Below are positions 9,208 to 18,794 of a DNA stretch of 26,040 nucleotides, in pieces; the first letter of the stretch is position 1; each line of letters starts with the position of its first letter. The notes beneath the pieces are model-generated. The model saw only the letters and a program-made list of their open reading frames with translations. It did no database searches and had not been told where the DNA came from. Position numbers and translations under genes: made by a program. The stretch lies in NCBI GenBank assembly GCA_049514315.1, contig JBEKVD010000041.1, forward strand, positions 1 through 26,040. The letters are read 5' to 3'. This stretch comes from Candidatus Limnocylindrales bacterium. GTDB lineage: Bacteria; Chloroflexota; Limnocylindria; Limnocylindrales; CSP1-4.

Positions 9208-9654
9208 TTGGAGAAGGTATACGAGCTCTACATCCGCACGACCCCGGAGCGCCTCTGGGAGGCGATCACCGACGCCGAGATCAGGGCCAGGTTCCACTTC
9301 GGGAACCGGGTCAGCTCGGATTGGACGCCCGGCTCGCATTTCGAGATCACGAACCCGAAGGCCCCCGGACCCCTGGTCGAGGGCGAGAACCTCGAGGTCG
9401 AACCCCCGCGCCGCCTTGTCCAAACGATGGTGGCGCTCTGGAGCGACGAGGTGAAGAGGGAGGGCGCAACGCGGGTCACCTGGGAGATCGAGCCGATCGG
9501 CGACTCCTGCCATCTGACCCTCACCCACGATGGGCTTCGGGACGGCGCGAACGAGGAGCTGTACGGCGGCTGGCCGATGATCCTGTCGGGCCTCAAGACG
9601 TGGCTTGAAACGGGCCGGTCGCTGACCACGCCCGGATCGCTGCTGTACGGCTGA
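9208..9654 (+). CDS. SRPBCC / AHSA1-like (activator of Hsp90 ATPase homolog) family protein
   Basis: The C-terminal ~148 aa of ORF 8920..9654 looks like the SRPBCC/AHSA1 fold family (YELYIRTTPERLWEAITD...RVTWEIEPIGDSCHLTLTH...GGWPMILSGLKTWLE). TTG 9208 has GGGAG 9 nt upstream. An alternative ATG start is at 9145. Confidence 0.7.
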   Translation: MEKVYELYIRTTPERLWEAITDAEIRARFHFGNRVSSDWTPGSHFEITNPKAPGPLVEGENLEVEPPRRLVQTMVALWSDEVKREGATRVTWEIEPIGDSCHLTLTHDGLRDGANEELYGGWPMILSGLKTWLETGRSLTTPGSLLYG

Positions 9655-9949
9655 AGATCACGTGCGACCGCGGCCCTGACCGGACGTTCGAGGGCGGCGC
9701 CCGGGGCGTTGCTTCCGAAGAGCCCGGGCATAGCGGCGAGGTCCGCGCCTCTGTCGCGCGGCCGGCCCCAGCCTCCCGCCTGCCACTGGCGCCGTTCGGC
9801 CCTTCGAACTTGGGGCGCGCCGGCCGGGACGGCGGCTGACCGTTGAACGCCCGACAACAACTCGATGCCATGATTCCGCCGCTGTTCGGCTCAGACTTAG
9901 CGCGGCTCCAGCCGCGAATGCACCAGCAGGTTGTACGGAAAGGCGACAC

Positions 9950-10723
9950 ATGGATGACCACACGGCTCCTGCCGTCAACAAGCCCATCTGGATCGACCTG
10001 GCCAGCTCCGATCCGGCGGCCTCGCGCGACTTCTACGCGGAAGTCCTTGGCTGGCAGGTCGAGGTGAACCCCGATCCGCAGTACGGCGGCTACGCCCTGG
10101 CAAGGATCGGCGGCAAGGACGTGGCTGGAATCGGCCCGAAGATGATGCCCGAGGCGCCGACGGCCTGGTCGGTCTACATCGGCACGCCCGACGCCGCCGA
10201 CCTGGCGAAGAAGGTGCAGGCCGCGGGCGGCAGGGTCATCGCCCCGCCGATGCAGGTGGGCGACCAGGGCCGCATGGCGGTCTTCCAGGATCCCTCGGGC
10301 GCCTTCATCGGGGCCTGGCAGCCGATGGCGATGAGCGGGTTCGTCACGGGCACGCCGGGCACGTACCAGTTTGCGCAGTTGAACTCGCGCGGTTTCGAGA
10401 AGGCGCTCGCGTTCTACCCGGCGGTCTTCGGCTGGGTGCCCAGGACGATCCCGATGGGCGAGGGCCAGCCGCCGTACACGCTGTTCCTGGTCGGAGACCA
10501 GGGCATCGCGGGCGGCATGGAGATGAACCCGATGGTACCGGCCGAGGTCCCGAGTTACTGGATGGTCTACTTCTCGGTCGAAGACGTGGACGCCACCTTC
10601 CGCAGGGCGATCGAGGCCGGAGCCCGGGAGATGGTCGCCCCGCAGGATTTTCCGGGTGGCCGTTCCGCGATCCTCGGCGACCCGCAGGGCGCGGTCTTCG
10701 CACTCCAGATGGTGAGGCGATAG
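9950..10723 (+). CDS. VOC (glyoxalase/bleomycin-resistance/dioxygenase) family protein, two tandem domains
   Basis: 257 aa with two VOC-like halves (IWIDLASSDPAASRDFYAEVLGW and FAQLNSRGFEKALAFYPAVFGW). GGAAAGG lies upstream of the ATG. Confidence 0.8.
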   Translation: MDDHTAPAVNKPIWIDLASSDPAASRDFYAEVLGWQVEVNPDPQYGGYALARIGGKDVAGIGPKMMPEAPTAWSVYIGTPDAADLAKKVQAAGGRVIAPPMQVGDQGRMAVFQDPSGAFIGAWQPMAMSGFVTGTPGTYQFAQLNSRGFEKALAFYPAVFGWVPRTIPMGEGQPPYTLFLVGDQGIAGGMEMNPMVPAEVPSYWMVYFSVEDVDATFRRAIEAGAREMVAPQDFPGGRSAILGDPQGAVFALQMVRR

Positions 10724-10746
10724 CGGATCGGCTCGACAGCCGCCTG

Positions 10747-10809
10747 CCGAGGCCGGCGCCCGCGTCGGCCTCGGTGCCCAGGGTTCGTGGGCGGGCCAGA
10801 GCCCGCCCA
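10747..10809 (+). terminator. two GC-rich hairpins between convergent genes (putative terminators without U-tracts)
   Basis: CCGAGGCCG-n10-CGGCCTCGG (10747-10774) and TGGGCGGG-ccagag-CCCGCCCA (10788-10809) lie between the VOC stop and the DUF885 stop. Confidence 0.3.
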
Positions 10810-10968
10810 GGTGGCAGCGTACTCGCCGGCTCAGGCCGGTTGTTGCGACGTCGCCGTCGCCCCAACGTCGCGACGTGATCCTGGCGGCGCTGGTCGATTG
10901 AACAGCCCGCAGGCGGCTGGGTCAGCTCTCGGCCGTGTCTTGCGCCTGGCGCCGCACGAGGTCCGGCG

Positions 10969-12624
10969 TCACGTTCCAGCCCCGAGGACCGCCCGCTCGG
11001 CCAGCCCCAGGGGAAGCGAACCGCTCGCCGCCAGCCGGTCGTGGAACTCGCGCAACACGCTGACCGGTGCGGTCGCGGCCGATCCCGCCGGCAGCCCGCG
11101 CGACTCGAGGAAGCGATCGCGGATGCGCATGATTTCGAGGCAGCCGGCCAGGTAGGAGGACGCCTGTGTCGGCCACCAGCAGTAGCGCCCGACCTCCGCT
11201 CGAGCGGTGGGTTCGGGCGTGGCGGTCTTCTCAACCATGAACCGGATCGCCTCCTCGTAGGTCATCGCGCCCATGTGCAGGCTCGTGTCGACGACGATGC
11301 GGGCCGCCCGGAAGAGCGTCGCCTTGAGGTGATTGAGCTCCTGGATCGGTTCGGTGAAGAAGCCGCGCTCGCGCATCAGGCGCTCGGCGTAGAGGCCCCA
11401 GCCCTCGTTGAAGTAGGGCGTGCCGAGAACCCGGCGCAGCCGCCGGGACCTGGTCTTGCGAACGACGAGGTGCCAGTGATGACCCGGGTAGGCCTCGTGG
11501 ACCGCCGTGGTCGGGATGTGACCGAAGCTGTTGGCCGCCAGCCGCTTTTGAATCTCAGCCGGCGAGGCGCCGTCCGGGGCATAAGGGACGAAGAAGTGGC
11601 CCTGCAGCGACGATGCGAACGCCGGCGGCGACATGTACGAAGCCACTCCGATCAGGGGGCGCTGGAACGGCGGCGAGGGCAGGACGTCGCACGACTCGCC
11701 CTCGGGCATCGTGATCAGGCCCGTCTCGGCGAGGAACGACCTGGCCTCCGCGGTCCAGCGGGCGTAGGTCGCGCGCATCTCCTCCTCCGTCTTCGGATGA
11801 TGCTCGTTCGACCGCTCCAGCACGGCGTTCCAGTCGTCGGTGGCCCAAGCGGCCCGTGACAGCCCGCGCATCTCGGTCGAGAGGCCGTCGTACTCGGCCC
11901 AACCTCGGTCGCGCAGGGAGCGGGCGTCGTATGGGAGCGCCTCCCGCTCCCGGAGAAGCCGGGTGTACCGCCCCTCACCCAGCTGCCAGATGCCGGTTGC
12001 ATCGCGCGCGAGCTCGTCGAGATGAGCGGCCCAGTCGTCAAAGGCGCGGGCCGCGTCGGCTCCGGCGTCGGCGAGCCGCGACCGATCCCGGTCCGTGCCC
12101 GCCTCAGCAGGGAGTAGATCGCGGACGTATCGCGCCGCTCCATGTGCGGCGTCGCGGCCGCGCTCCAGGATGAGTGGATGCGCGAGCTTCGGGTCGAGGT
12201 TGGCGCGGCCCTGCTCGAGCGCGCGGGGGGCCTGGGCCATGCGCGCGATGGCCGCATCGACGAGCTCGGGTTCGGGCCGAAGGCGGTGCAGGAAGAGGCC
12301 GAAGAGGCCGCCGGTGATCGGGCCGCTGTAGACCACCGGATCGCGGCGCCAGGGGGTCCAGTCGTCCATGATCGTCCGGCCGGTCATCATCGCGACCGCC
12401 AGGTCGCGATCGATGCGCTCGTCGGCGGACAGCCCGGCGTCGGGCAGGGCGGCGAATCGGGCCCGCCATCCTGCCGCGCTCGCGTCCCTCCGCTCGAAGG
12501 CCTCGGCCGAGAGATCGTCGAGTCGGTCGTCGTACTCGATCAGCCCGAGACCGCTGGCGTTGACAGGCGACTCCTCGTACTCCTCGCGCAAGAACTGATC
12601 GACCAGCGGCTCGAACTCGACCAT
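10969..12624 (-). CDS. DUF885 family (metallopeptidase-like) protein
   Basis: 551 aa with HEAYPGHHWH (the HExxPGHH motif typical of DUF885). ATG 12624 has AAAGGAG 7 nt upstream. The 24 codons further upstream in the track ORF lack an SD. Confidence 0.8.
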   Translation of the reverse strand: MVEFEPLVDQFLREEYEESPVNASGLGLIEYDDRLDDLSAEAFERRDASAAGWRARFAALPDAGLSADERIDRDLAVAMMTGRTIMDDWTPWRRDPVVYSGPITGGLFGLFLHRLRPEPELVDAAIARMAQAPRALEQGRANLDPKLAHPLILERGRDAAHGAARYVRDLLPAEAGTDRDRSRLADAGADAARAFDDWAAHLDELARDATGIWQLGEGRYTRLLREREALPYDARSLRDRGWAEYDGLSTEMRGLSRAAWATDDWNAVLERSNEHHPKTEEEMRATYARWTAEARSFLAETGLITMPEGESCDVLPSPPFQRPLIGVASYMSPPAFASSLQGHFFVPYAPDGASPAEIQKRLAANSFGHIPTTAVHEAYPGHHWHLVVRKTRSRRLRRVLGTPYFNEGWGLYAERLMRERGFFTEPIQELNHLKATLFRAARIVVDTSLHMGAMTYEEAIRFMVEKTATPEPTARAEVGRYCWWPTQASSYLAGCLEIMRIRDRFLESRGLPAGSAATAPVSVLREFHDRLAASGSLPLGLAERAVLGAGT

Positions 12625-12780
12625 CGAGATACTCCTTTCAACACTCTGCCCCATCCTGCCATCTTCGGGCCAAAGCGTCGCGCGGCGCCACCGCACGTTG
12701 AGGCGGCTTCCGTGGATAGGGCGCGATCGCCGGCAGCTCCAACGGGGACCGGTAGTGCGTCGGTCGACGCCCGAGCCCGG

Positions 12781-13380
12781 CTAGACCGGCACGTTGAACC
12801 GCAGGAGAGCGGCCCGCCGCCCCGTCATCCGGATCTCGGTCAGGGAGCAGTTTCCGATGGCGGGGAACAGCTGCCGGTAGTCGCGCAGCGGCGCCCCCAG
12901 GAGCCGGCACAGGGCCAGGCGAATCACGGTCTTGTGCGCCACGACGAGGACCCGGCCCTTGTCCGCGTCGGCGATGTCTCGGAGGCAGCCGACGAACCGC
13001 GCGGCAGCCTCGGCGGGGTCCTCTCCCCGGGGCAGGTGATTGACGACCGGATCGATGCCGAAGGCCGCGAACGCCCCGGGAAACCGTGCTTGCATCTCCT
13101 CGGCGGTCAGTCCCTCCCCATCGCCGAAGTCCAGCTCCCGGAGTCGGGCATCGACCTGCAATCGCAGGCCTGCCAGATCGGCACACGCGGTCGCGGTGTC
13201 GAGAGCCCGACCCTGCGGCGAGGACCAGATCGCCGAGAGCCCGGCCGAAGAAGCCCACCTCGCGAGTTCCGCGGCCTGCTCGAGCCCGCTCGGGGATAGC
13301 TCGACCTCGGAGACCCCCGCGTAACGGTTCTCGGTGTGCCAGACCGTCTCTCCGTGCCGAACCAGGACCAGGTCGGTCAT
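12781..13380 (-). CDS. histidine phosphatase (phosphoglycerate-mutase-like) family protein
   Basis: 199 aa starting MTDLVLVRHGETVWH (RHG catalytic motif), with a second His in VVAHKTVIR. The ATG at 13380 overlaps the stop of the upstream kinase gene (ATGA). Confidence 0.85.
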   Translation of the reverse strand: MTDLVLVRHGETVWHTENRYAGVSEVELSPSGLEQAAELARWASSAGLSAIWSSPQGRALDTATACADLAGLRLQVDARLRELDFGDGEGLTAEEMQARFPGAFAAFGIDPVVNHLPRGEDPAEAAARFVGCLRDIADADKGRVLVVAHKTVIRLALCRLLGAPLRDYRQLFPAIGNCSLTEIRMTGRRAALLRFNVPV

Positions 13381-14876
13381 CGCCCCGCCCGTTGCTTCGC
13401 ATGTGTCGCAAGGGCGGCGCCCAGCCAGCGACGACCTTCGAGTTCGTCGACGAGGCGCACATACGCAGCGTCGAAGCGTCCGGCCGACCCTGCGCGCGGG
13501 TCGATCGTTACCCGGATGCGAACCATCTCGGCGGCAACGTCGGCAGGATCCCTGCCCGGGCTGGCCGCGAGCACGGCCATGCCCAGCGCGGGTTCCGAGT
13601 TCTCGACAAGAGAGACCGGACGCCCGAGGATGTCGGCCCGGAGCCCGCACCAGTATTCGCTCTTCGCAGCGCCGCCGGTGAGGACGAGGTCGCCGCCGAT
13701 CGGGGCGCCCAGGAGGTCGAGGTAGTCATAGCAGAGCCGCTCGATGTAGGCGACTCCCTGGAGAACTGCCGCGAACCGGTCCGCCTCGGATCCGTCGCCC
13801 CCGAGCGCGAACCCCTGCGCTTCCGGCGCGACGAACGGGAACCGCTCGCCGGTCGATGCCAGCGGGTACGCCAGGGCCCGGGCCGGTTCGCAGGCGGAGG
13901 CCGCGCGACTGAGCTCGTCCAGGTTGCGACCGGCGAAGTCCCGGGAGATCAAACCCGCACCCGTGCTCGAGGCACCGCCGGGGAGCCAGTACCCGCCGGG
14001 TGCCCTGTGCGAGTAGACGACGCCGAGCGGGTCGTGGATGAGTTCTCGCGTGACGCCCTTGACCACGAGCGTCGTGCCGAGGACCGAGTTCCAGCGGCCC
14101 GGGCTCAGCACTCCGGCGCCGAGTTGCGCCGCGCAGCCGTCGGTCATACCCGCGATCACCGGCGTGCCCACAGGGATCCCGGTGGCGCCCGCGGCGGCAC
14201 GGCTCACAGCTCCGATCACCGCCCCTGAACGGACGAGCCCCGGCAGCAGATCGGCCGGCACGCCGAGCGCCTCCATGACGTCGCCGGGCCATCGTTCCTC
14301 GGTGAGATGCGCCCCGGTCTTGAGAGCGTTGCTCAGGTCCGCCGGCACCTCACGCCCGACCAGGCGCCGGCCGACGAAGTCGGACTGATGCGCGAGCCTG
14401 GCGCCGCGAGGAAACTGAGGGTAGTTCTCCAGCAGCCAGAGGAGCTTCGGCAGGGCCCACGATGGCTGCATCCGGCCGTAGCCCAGCTCGGTCCAGACCC
14501 GCTCGCCGGCCGCGTTGACTCGATCCACGTACCCGGCGGCGCGGGTGTCGTCGTACATGAGACCCGGGGTCAGAGGCAACCCGTGGCGGTCGACCAACAA
14601 GATCGTTCCCGACGTCGCATCGACGGCGACACCTCGAACGACCCCCGTGGGTACCGTCTGCATCGCCTCTGAGGATGCGGCCGCGATCGCCTGCCACCAC
14701 GATTCCGGGTCCTGCTCGTGTCGAGCCCCCGACCTGCGGCTTGTGAGTGGCTGTGTGCCGGCCCCCACGACCTCTCCGCTTGCCGTCACGGCCAGGGCGC
14801 GCGCGCTCTGCGTGCCGACGTCGAGGCCTAGCCAGACCTCGCCTTCGCGGCTGACAACCGCACGGCGCGTGCTCAC
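13377..14876 (-). CDS. FGGY-family carbohydrate kinase (xylulokinase-like)
   Basis: FGGY motifs are WLGLDVGTQS, GMTDGCAAQLGAG and LTGGAAKSEYWCGLRADILGRPV. The start is uncertain: I chose GTG 14876, and ATG 14993 is the longest option. Confidence 0.8.
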   Translation of the reverse strand: MSTRRAVVSREGEVWLGLDVGTQSARALAVTASGEVVGAGTQPLTSRRSGARHEQDPESWWQAIAAASSEAMQTVPTGVVRGVAVDATSGTILLVDRHGLPLTPGLMYDDTRAAGYVDRVNAAGERVWTELGYGRMQPSWALPKLLWLLENYPQFPRGARLAHQSDFVGRRLVGREVPADLSNALKTGAHLTEERWPGDVMEALGVPADLLPGLVRSGAVIGAVSRAAAGATGIPVGTPVIAGMTDGCAAQLGAGVLSPGRWNSVLGTTLVVKGVTRELIHDPLGVVYSHRAPGGYWLPGGASSTGAGLISRDFAGRNLDELSRAASACEPARALAYPLASTGERFPFVAPEAQGFALGGDGSEADRFAAVLQGVAYIERLCYDYLDLLGAPIGGDLVLTGGAAKSEYWCGLRADILGRPVSLVENSEPALGMAVLAASPGRDPADVAAEMVRIRVTIDPRAGSAGRFDAAYVRLVDELEGRRWLGAALATHAKQRAGR

Positions 14877-15213
14877 GCGGGTTCCCGGGATCCGCGCCGG
14901 CAATCCGAGGCGCAAGGGGAGCCACTCTCCCCCGAGTACGTGCTGGGCCTGGTGTCCACGACTGCTCCCATTGCCGTTCGGCCAGAAGGTCATTCTAGGG
15001 CGTCACCCCCTGATGGCCGCCGGTCCGACGGGCTGTCGTCGCTGAAGGCAATCTGACGCCGCCGGGATCGCTGCTGCGCCGGCGGCGACCCTCCTCCACC
15101 GGGTCAGGCTTCGCATATACCAGGTCAAGTGCGGGGCGTATCCGGGTCTGGGAGTACCATCGAGCAGCCCAGCGAGCACCGCTCGGTGCGGCCGCTTGAC
15201 ATAGGAGCAAGCC

Positions 15214-16098
15214 GTGATGAAGTTCGGATTGATCCTGCGGAACACCGGAGCCGGGTCGAGCACGGAGGCGATCGAGGCCGGCGCGGAAACGGCCGAGCGT
15301 CTCGGCTGGGAGACCGTCTGGACGACCGACCACGTCCTCGTGCCGCAATCAGCCGCGGCTGAATACGGTCGGACTTTCGAGGCGATCGAGACGCTGGCGT
15401 GGGTCGGCGCCCGACACAGCCGCCTGAAGCTCGGCACGAGCGTCATCGTCGTCCCGCAGCGCAACGCCGTGCTGCTGGCCAAGGAGCTCGCCACGCTCGA
15501 TGTGCTGAGCGAGGGGCGCCTGATCGTCGGCGTCGGCGTCGGCTGGAACGAGACCGAGTTCGCCAACCTGGGCGCGTCCGACCGATTCTCCCGGCGGGGT
15601 GCCTACCTCGACGAGACGATCCGACTGTGGCGGCATCTCTGGTCGGGCTCGTCCGCACCGTTCGAAGGCGCCTTCCACAGTTTCCGCGACTTCGTATTCG
15701 GGCCGGTGCCGGTCCGGGGAGAGGGCGTCCCGATCGTCGTCGGCGGGGCTTCCCCGGCAGCTTTGAGGCGCGCGGGGGCACTCGGCGATGGCTATCACGC
15801 GACCCGTTCCGGGCCGGACGTTCTGGCCGGGAGGATCCCGATCATTCGCGCTGCCGCCGACGGGGCCGGCCGGCCGATGCCGGCGCTTTCGGCGCGGGTG
15901 GCCGTCACGACCGAACGAACCGAAGGAACCGGCTACTCGCTCGCCTGCGATCCCGCGTCGATGTTGGGAGAAATCCGGGCCTTCGAGGGCCTGGGCGTCG
16001 AGCACCTGGCCCTGGTCTTTGAGGCGACCGAACCCGCGGAGCTGACCGCCGCAGTCGAGCGGTTCGATCAGGAGGTCGTCAAGGCCGCCGTCGGCTGA
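15214..16098 (+). CDS. LLM-class (luciferase-like) F420-dependent oxidoreductase
   Basis: 294 aa with an MKFGL... N-terminus, WTTDHVLVP and the overall luciferase-like TIM-barrel pattern. AGGAG lies at 15203-15207, upstream of GTG 15214 and ATG 15217. Confidence 0.8.
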   Translation: MMKFGLILRNTGAGSSTEAIEAGAETAERLGWETVWTTDHVLVPQSAAAEYGRTFEAIETLAWVGARHSRLKLGTSVIVVPQRNAVLLAKELATLDVLSEGRLIVGVGVGWNETEFANLGASDRFSRRGAYLDETIRLWRHLWSGSSAPFEGAFHSFRDFVFGPVPVRGEGVPIVVGGASPAALRRAGALGDGYHATRSGPDVLAGRIPIIRAAADGAGRPMPALSARVAVTTERTEGTGYSLACDPASMLGEIRAFEGLGVEHLALVFEATEPAELTAAVERFDQEVVKAAVG

Positions 16099-16201
16099 AG
16101 CCTGCGGCCTATCGATCACGGGCCCGGCCGATCGCGTTGGGGGTGTATCCCGCCAGGCAAACAGCATGCCTCAGGCGCGCCCGGGGGCCGGCCGACGACA
16201 G

Positions 16202-16483
16202 CTATCGGCGCCCCGCGTGGACCGCTATGTCGACGTGCTCCCGCTCCGAGTCCGGGCGATCCTTGTCGGCCACCACCTGGAAACTGAAAGGTGGAAGGTA
16301 CGGGTTGCGGAACTTTCGAACCCCCTCCTCGAGGCCCTTCACGCTCCTGGCGGCTCCCACCACCGCCGCGACGTGCGAGACGATCTGGTCTCGGATCGGC
16401 GGCATTATGTCATCGCCAACCGAAAGCCTGACGGTCTCATAGCCCTCCCACGGCCACGGCCACTCGCGCGTCGGGGTTCCCAT
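16202..16483 (-). CDS. hypothetical protein (93 aa), no family recognised
   Basis: AGGAGG lies 7 nt upstream of the ATG. Third-position GC is high across the ORF. Confidence 0.65.
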   Translation of the reverse strand: MGTPTREWPWPWEGYETVRLSVGDDIMPPIRDQIVSHVAAVVGAARSVKGLEEGVRKFRNPYLPPFSFQVVADKDRPDSEREHVDIAVHAGRR

Positions 16484-16675
16484 TGCGACACCTCCTGATC
16501 ATCGAACGCACGCGAGTCTACGACCGGCCCGCCGTCCTGCAAGGGACTGTCTCAGCCCACAGTCTGGTATTCCCGGCGCACCGCCCGGGGGGCGGGTCCC
16601 GAAGGTAGTGAGCAACCGAGCGCAGGGCGACGGCACCGGCCCCGCCAGGCGCCCGTCAGGCGCCCGTCATTCCGT

Positions 16676-16945
16676 TTACGGGGCCGGTGCACCGCTCGCG
16701 GTGACCCAGGCAGGGCCGCTCTGTGGTGCCGAGGACCACTGATCCGCCGGCAGGTTCGCCTTCGACAGGACCACCACCGACCAGGCGATAGCGAGCGCCA
16801 ACACCCAGATGACGACCACGAGATCGAAATGACGCCCGAATACCTCTCGCGCGGCCACGACCCACCAGGCGCTTTCGTCCGGCCGGTCTGGTACGGGGCG
16901 GCGGTTCGCCACCCGGCCCGTGGACTTCCTTGGGTTCGCGTCCAT
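16676..16945 (-). CDS. small membrane protein (89 aa, one predicted TM helix)
   Basis: ATG 16945 is preceded by GGAGGAAGGA. The hydrophobic stretch FDLVVVIWVLALAIAWSVVVL follows a basic N-terminus. Confidence 0.55.
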   Translation of the reverse strand: MDANPRKSTGRVANRRPVPDRPDESAWWVVAAREVFGRHFDLVVVIWVLALAIAWSVVVLSKANLPADQWSSAPQSGPAWVTASGAPAP

Positions 16946-17369
16946 TCCTTCCTCCGCGGAGGCGGCCCGGTGCCGCAGTGGCGCCGACAACGTGGATCCG
17001 CGGCGGCCGTGGCCGTCCTGATCCCGCCGGCACCACCGACCATGTTGAAGGAAGGCTCATCCTTAATCAAGATACTTAGCATTTCCGAACAGATCGCGCC
17101 CACCGTGCGAGCCCCGGGCAGCCCTCGACTTGCGCTGGCGGTCGCGCCCGGTCACGAGATCCCGTGCAACACGGACCTGCGACCCTCGTCTCGCCGGCCG
17201 CGTCATCTGGTCGGAAGTGACTCCCAGCGCGCAGCCTTCTCCAGCAGTGCGCTGATCCGCCACGTCGGCCGACTCGTGGCCGCCACGGCCGATCCGATCG
17301 AGGTGATCACGCCTCCGAGACTCTTTCGCGCACGTCGAGCCTTCATCGAGCCTGCCGACGACGACGGGG

Positions 17370-17876
17370 CTACGCGTGACTGCCGTTCAAGGGGTGGTCA
17401 TACACGTAGAAGATGTAGTCCTGAGAGACGGTCCTGACGCCCAGATCGTTCAGCAGCCTGAGCAGTTGCGCCCGATGATCGGTGCCGTGATTGCCGACAT
17501 GGAGCAGCACCTGCCACAGGATGAGGTCCTTGTCCTCCCCCTCCGCGAACGGCTTCTCAAAGAGCATGTCGTCCCGTAGCTCCGCAAGATAGTCGCGCAT
17601 GCGTTGCTCAACGGCGTCCCAGTGGCTACGAATGCTGTTCCGATCGACAAAGGTGGCAGGATCGAGCGAGCCTGGGATCTCGACGCCTCGCAATCCGCTG
17701 AACCACGTGTCATCAACGCTCATGAGATGCACGACCTGGTTTCGCACCGATCCAGCGGAGTAGCTCGCGTCCCGCGTGAACTGTTCGTCGGAGAGCGACG
17801 TGATGTGAGCATCCCAGATGTTGCGGTTCTCACTGAAGTGGTAGTCGTAGAAATGACGGAAGGCTTCGGCGTTCAT
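17370..17876 (-). CDS. DinB-family (DinB_2/DUF664-like) metal-binding four-helix-bundle protein
   Basis: 168 aa with SVRNQVVHLMSVDDTWF and LLHVGNHGTDHRAQLLRLL, the His triad pattern of DinB-like proteins. Confidence 0.8.
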   Translation of the reverse strand: MNAEAFRHFYDYHFSENRNIWDAHITSLSDEQFTRDASYSAGSVRNQVVHLMSVDDTWFSGLRGVEIPGSLDPATFVDRNSIRSHWDAVEQRMRDYLAELRDDMLFEKPFAEGEDKDLILWQVLLHVGNHGTDHRAQLLRLLNDLGVRTVSQDYIFYVYDHPLNGSHA

Positions 17877-18164
17877 GTCGTAACGCGCTCCGAGCGGTGG
17901 AGTTCGACGGATATGACTCGACTAGGAAGGCGTGGAGGGCCTGGTCCCAGGCCGAAGGGTCCCCGCTGATGAGGGCGGAGAGGGGTTGCGGTTCATCTTG
18001 GGCGCCTCGGGTGCGGAATAGTCGCCCACGTATCTCTCTACCGGCCGTCGAAAGCAACAGCATGACCAAATGGTGCCAGCGGGTCCAACCGGAGCCTGTG
18101 TCTGGTGCCGCCGTCGACTCTTCGAGCCCATCGAGAGGTAAGCTCAGCGCAAGAGGGAGACGCA

Positions 18165-18794
18165 GTGATAAACGGAGTCGATGAGCGCGGGGTGCCGCTT
18201 CTGCCTCGGTCGTGGCAATACAGCGACCGGATCATCGCGGCGATAGCTACCGCGGCCCAGATCCACGCCGCCCAGGTGCGCAAGGGCACGACCATCCCGT
18301 ACCTGAGCCATCTCCTTGGCGCATGCTCGATCGCGCTCGACTACGGCGCTAGCGAGGACGAGGCTATCGCCGCCCTCCTCCACGATGCGATCGAAGACGG
18401 CGCGCCGACAGAGGCCGCCCGGGCGACGGTCTGGAGCTTCGGTGACGAGGTCGGCCGCATCGTCGAGGCTTGCACCGACTTGGACAGCCATCCCAGGCCG
18501 CCCTGGCGCGAGCGCAAGGAGTCGTACCTGGCGAGCCTCGCCACCGCGGACCACTCGATCCTGCTGGTCTCGGCGTCGGACAAGCTCCACAGCGCCCGCT
18601 CCGTCGTCCGCGACCTGCGCGCTGCCGGTGAGGATGTCTGGGGACGCTTCAGCCCCCCGAAGGGCGAGATCTTCTGGTACTACCGGGGCCTCGTCCTCGC
18701 CTATCGAGCCAATCCCGCGCACCCGAAGGCGCTCATCGACGAGCTCGACCGGACCGTGACCGAGATGGAGACCCTCGCGGGCATGACGCGCTGA
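18165..18794 (+). CDS. stand-alone RelA/SpoT-type HD-domain protein (small alarmone hydrolase-like)
   Basis: 209 aa with IHAAQVRKGTTIPYLSHLLG, AALLHDAIEDG and SASDKLHSARS, which parallel the SpoT hydrolase motifs H..Q.R, HP, LLHDxxED and ADRLHN. GTG 18165 has AGAGGGAG 5 nt upstream; the track start at 18105 is the alternative. Confidence 0.75.
   Translation: MINGVDERGVPLLPRSWQYSDRIIAAIATAAQIHAAQVRKGTTIPYLSHLLGACSIALDYGASEDEAIAALLHDAIEDGAPTEAARATVWSFGDEVGRIVEACTDLDSHPRPPWRERKESYLASLATADHSILLVSASDKLHSARSVVRDLRAAGEDVWGRFSPPKGEIFWYYRGLVLAYRANPAHPKALIDELDRTVTEMETLAGMTR

Noticed and set aside
15195-15200. TTGACA hexamer as a promoter -35 for the LLM oxidoreductase gene
   Set aside because: It lies only ~14 nt upstream of the start codon and immediately before the SD. 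It therefore cannot serve as a -35 for this gene and is most likely a chance match.
16829-17437. 202-aa + strand ORF spanning the 17.1-17.37 kb gap
   Set aside because: It overlaps two better-supported - strand genes at both ends (16676..16945 and DinB 17370..17876). It has Arg/Pro/Ser-rich composition and no SD or family motif. GC3 is only intermediate.
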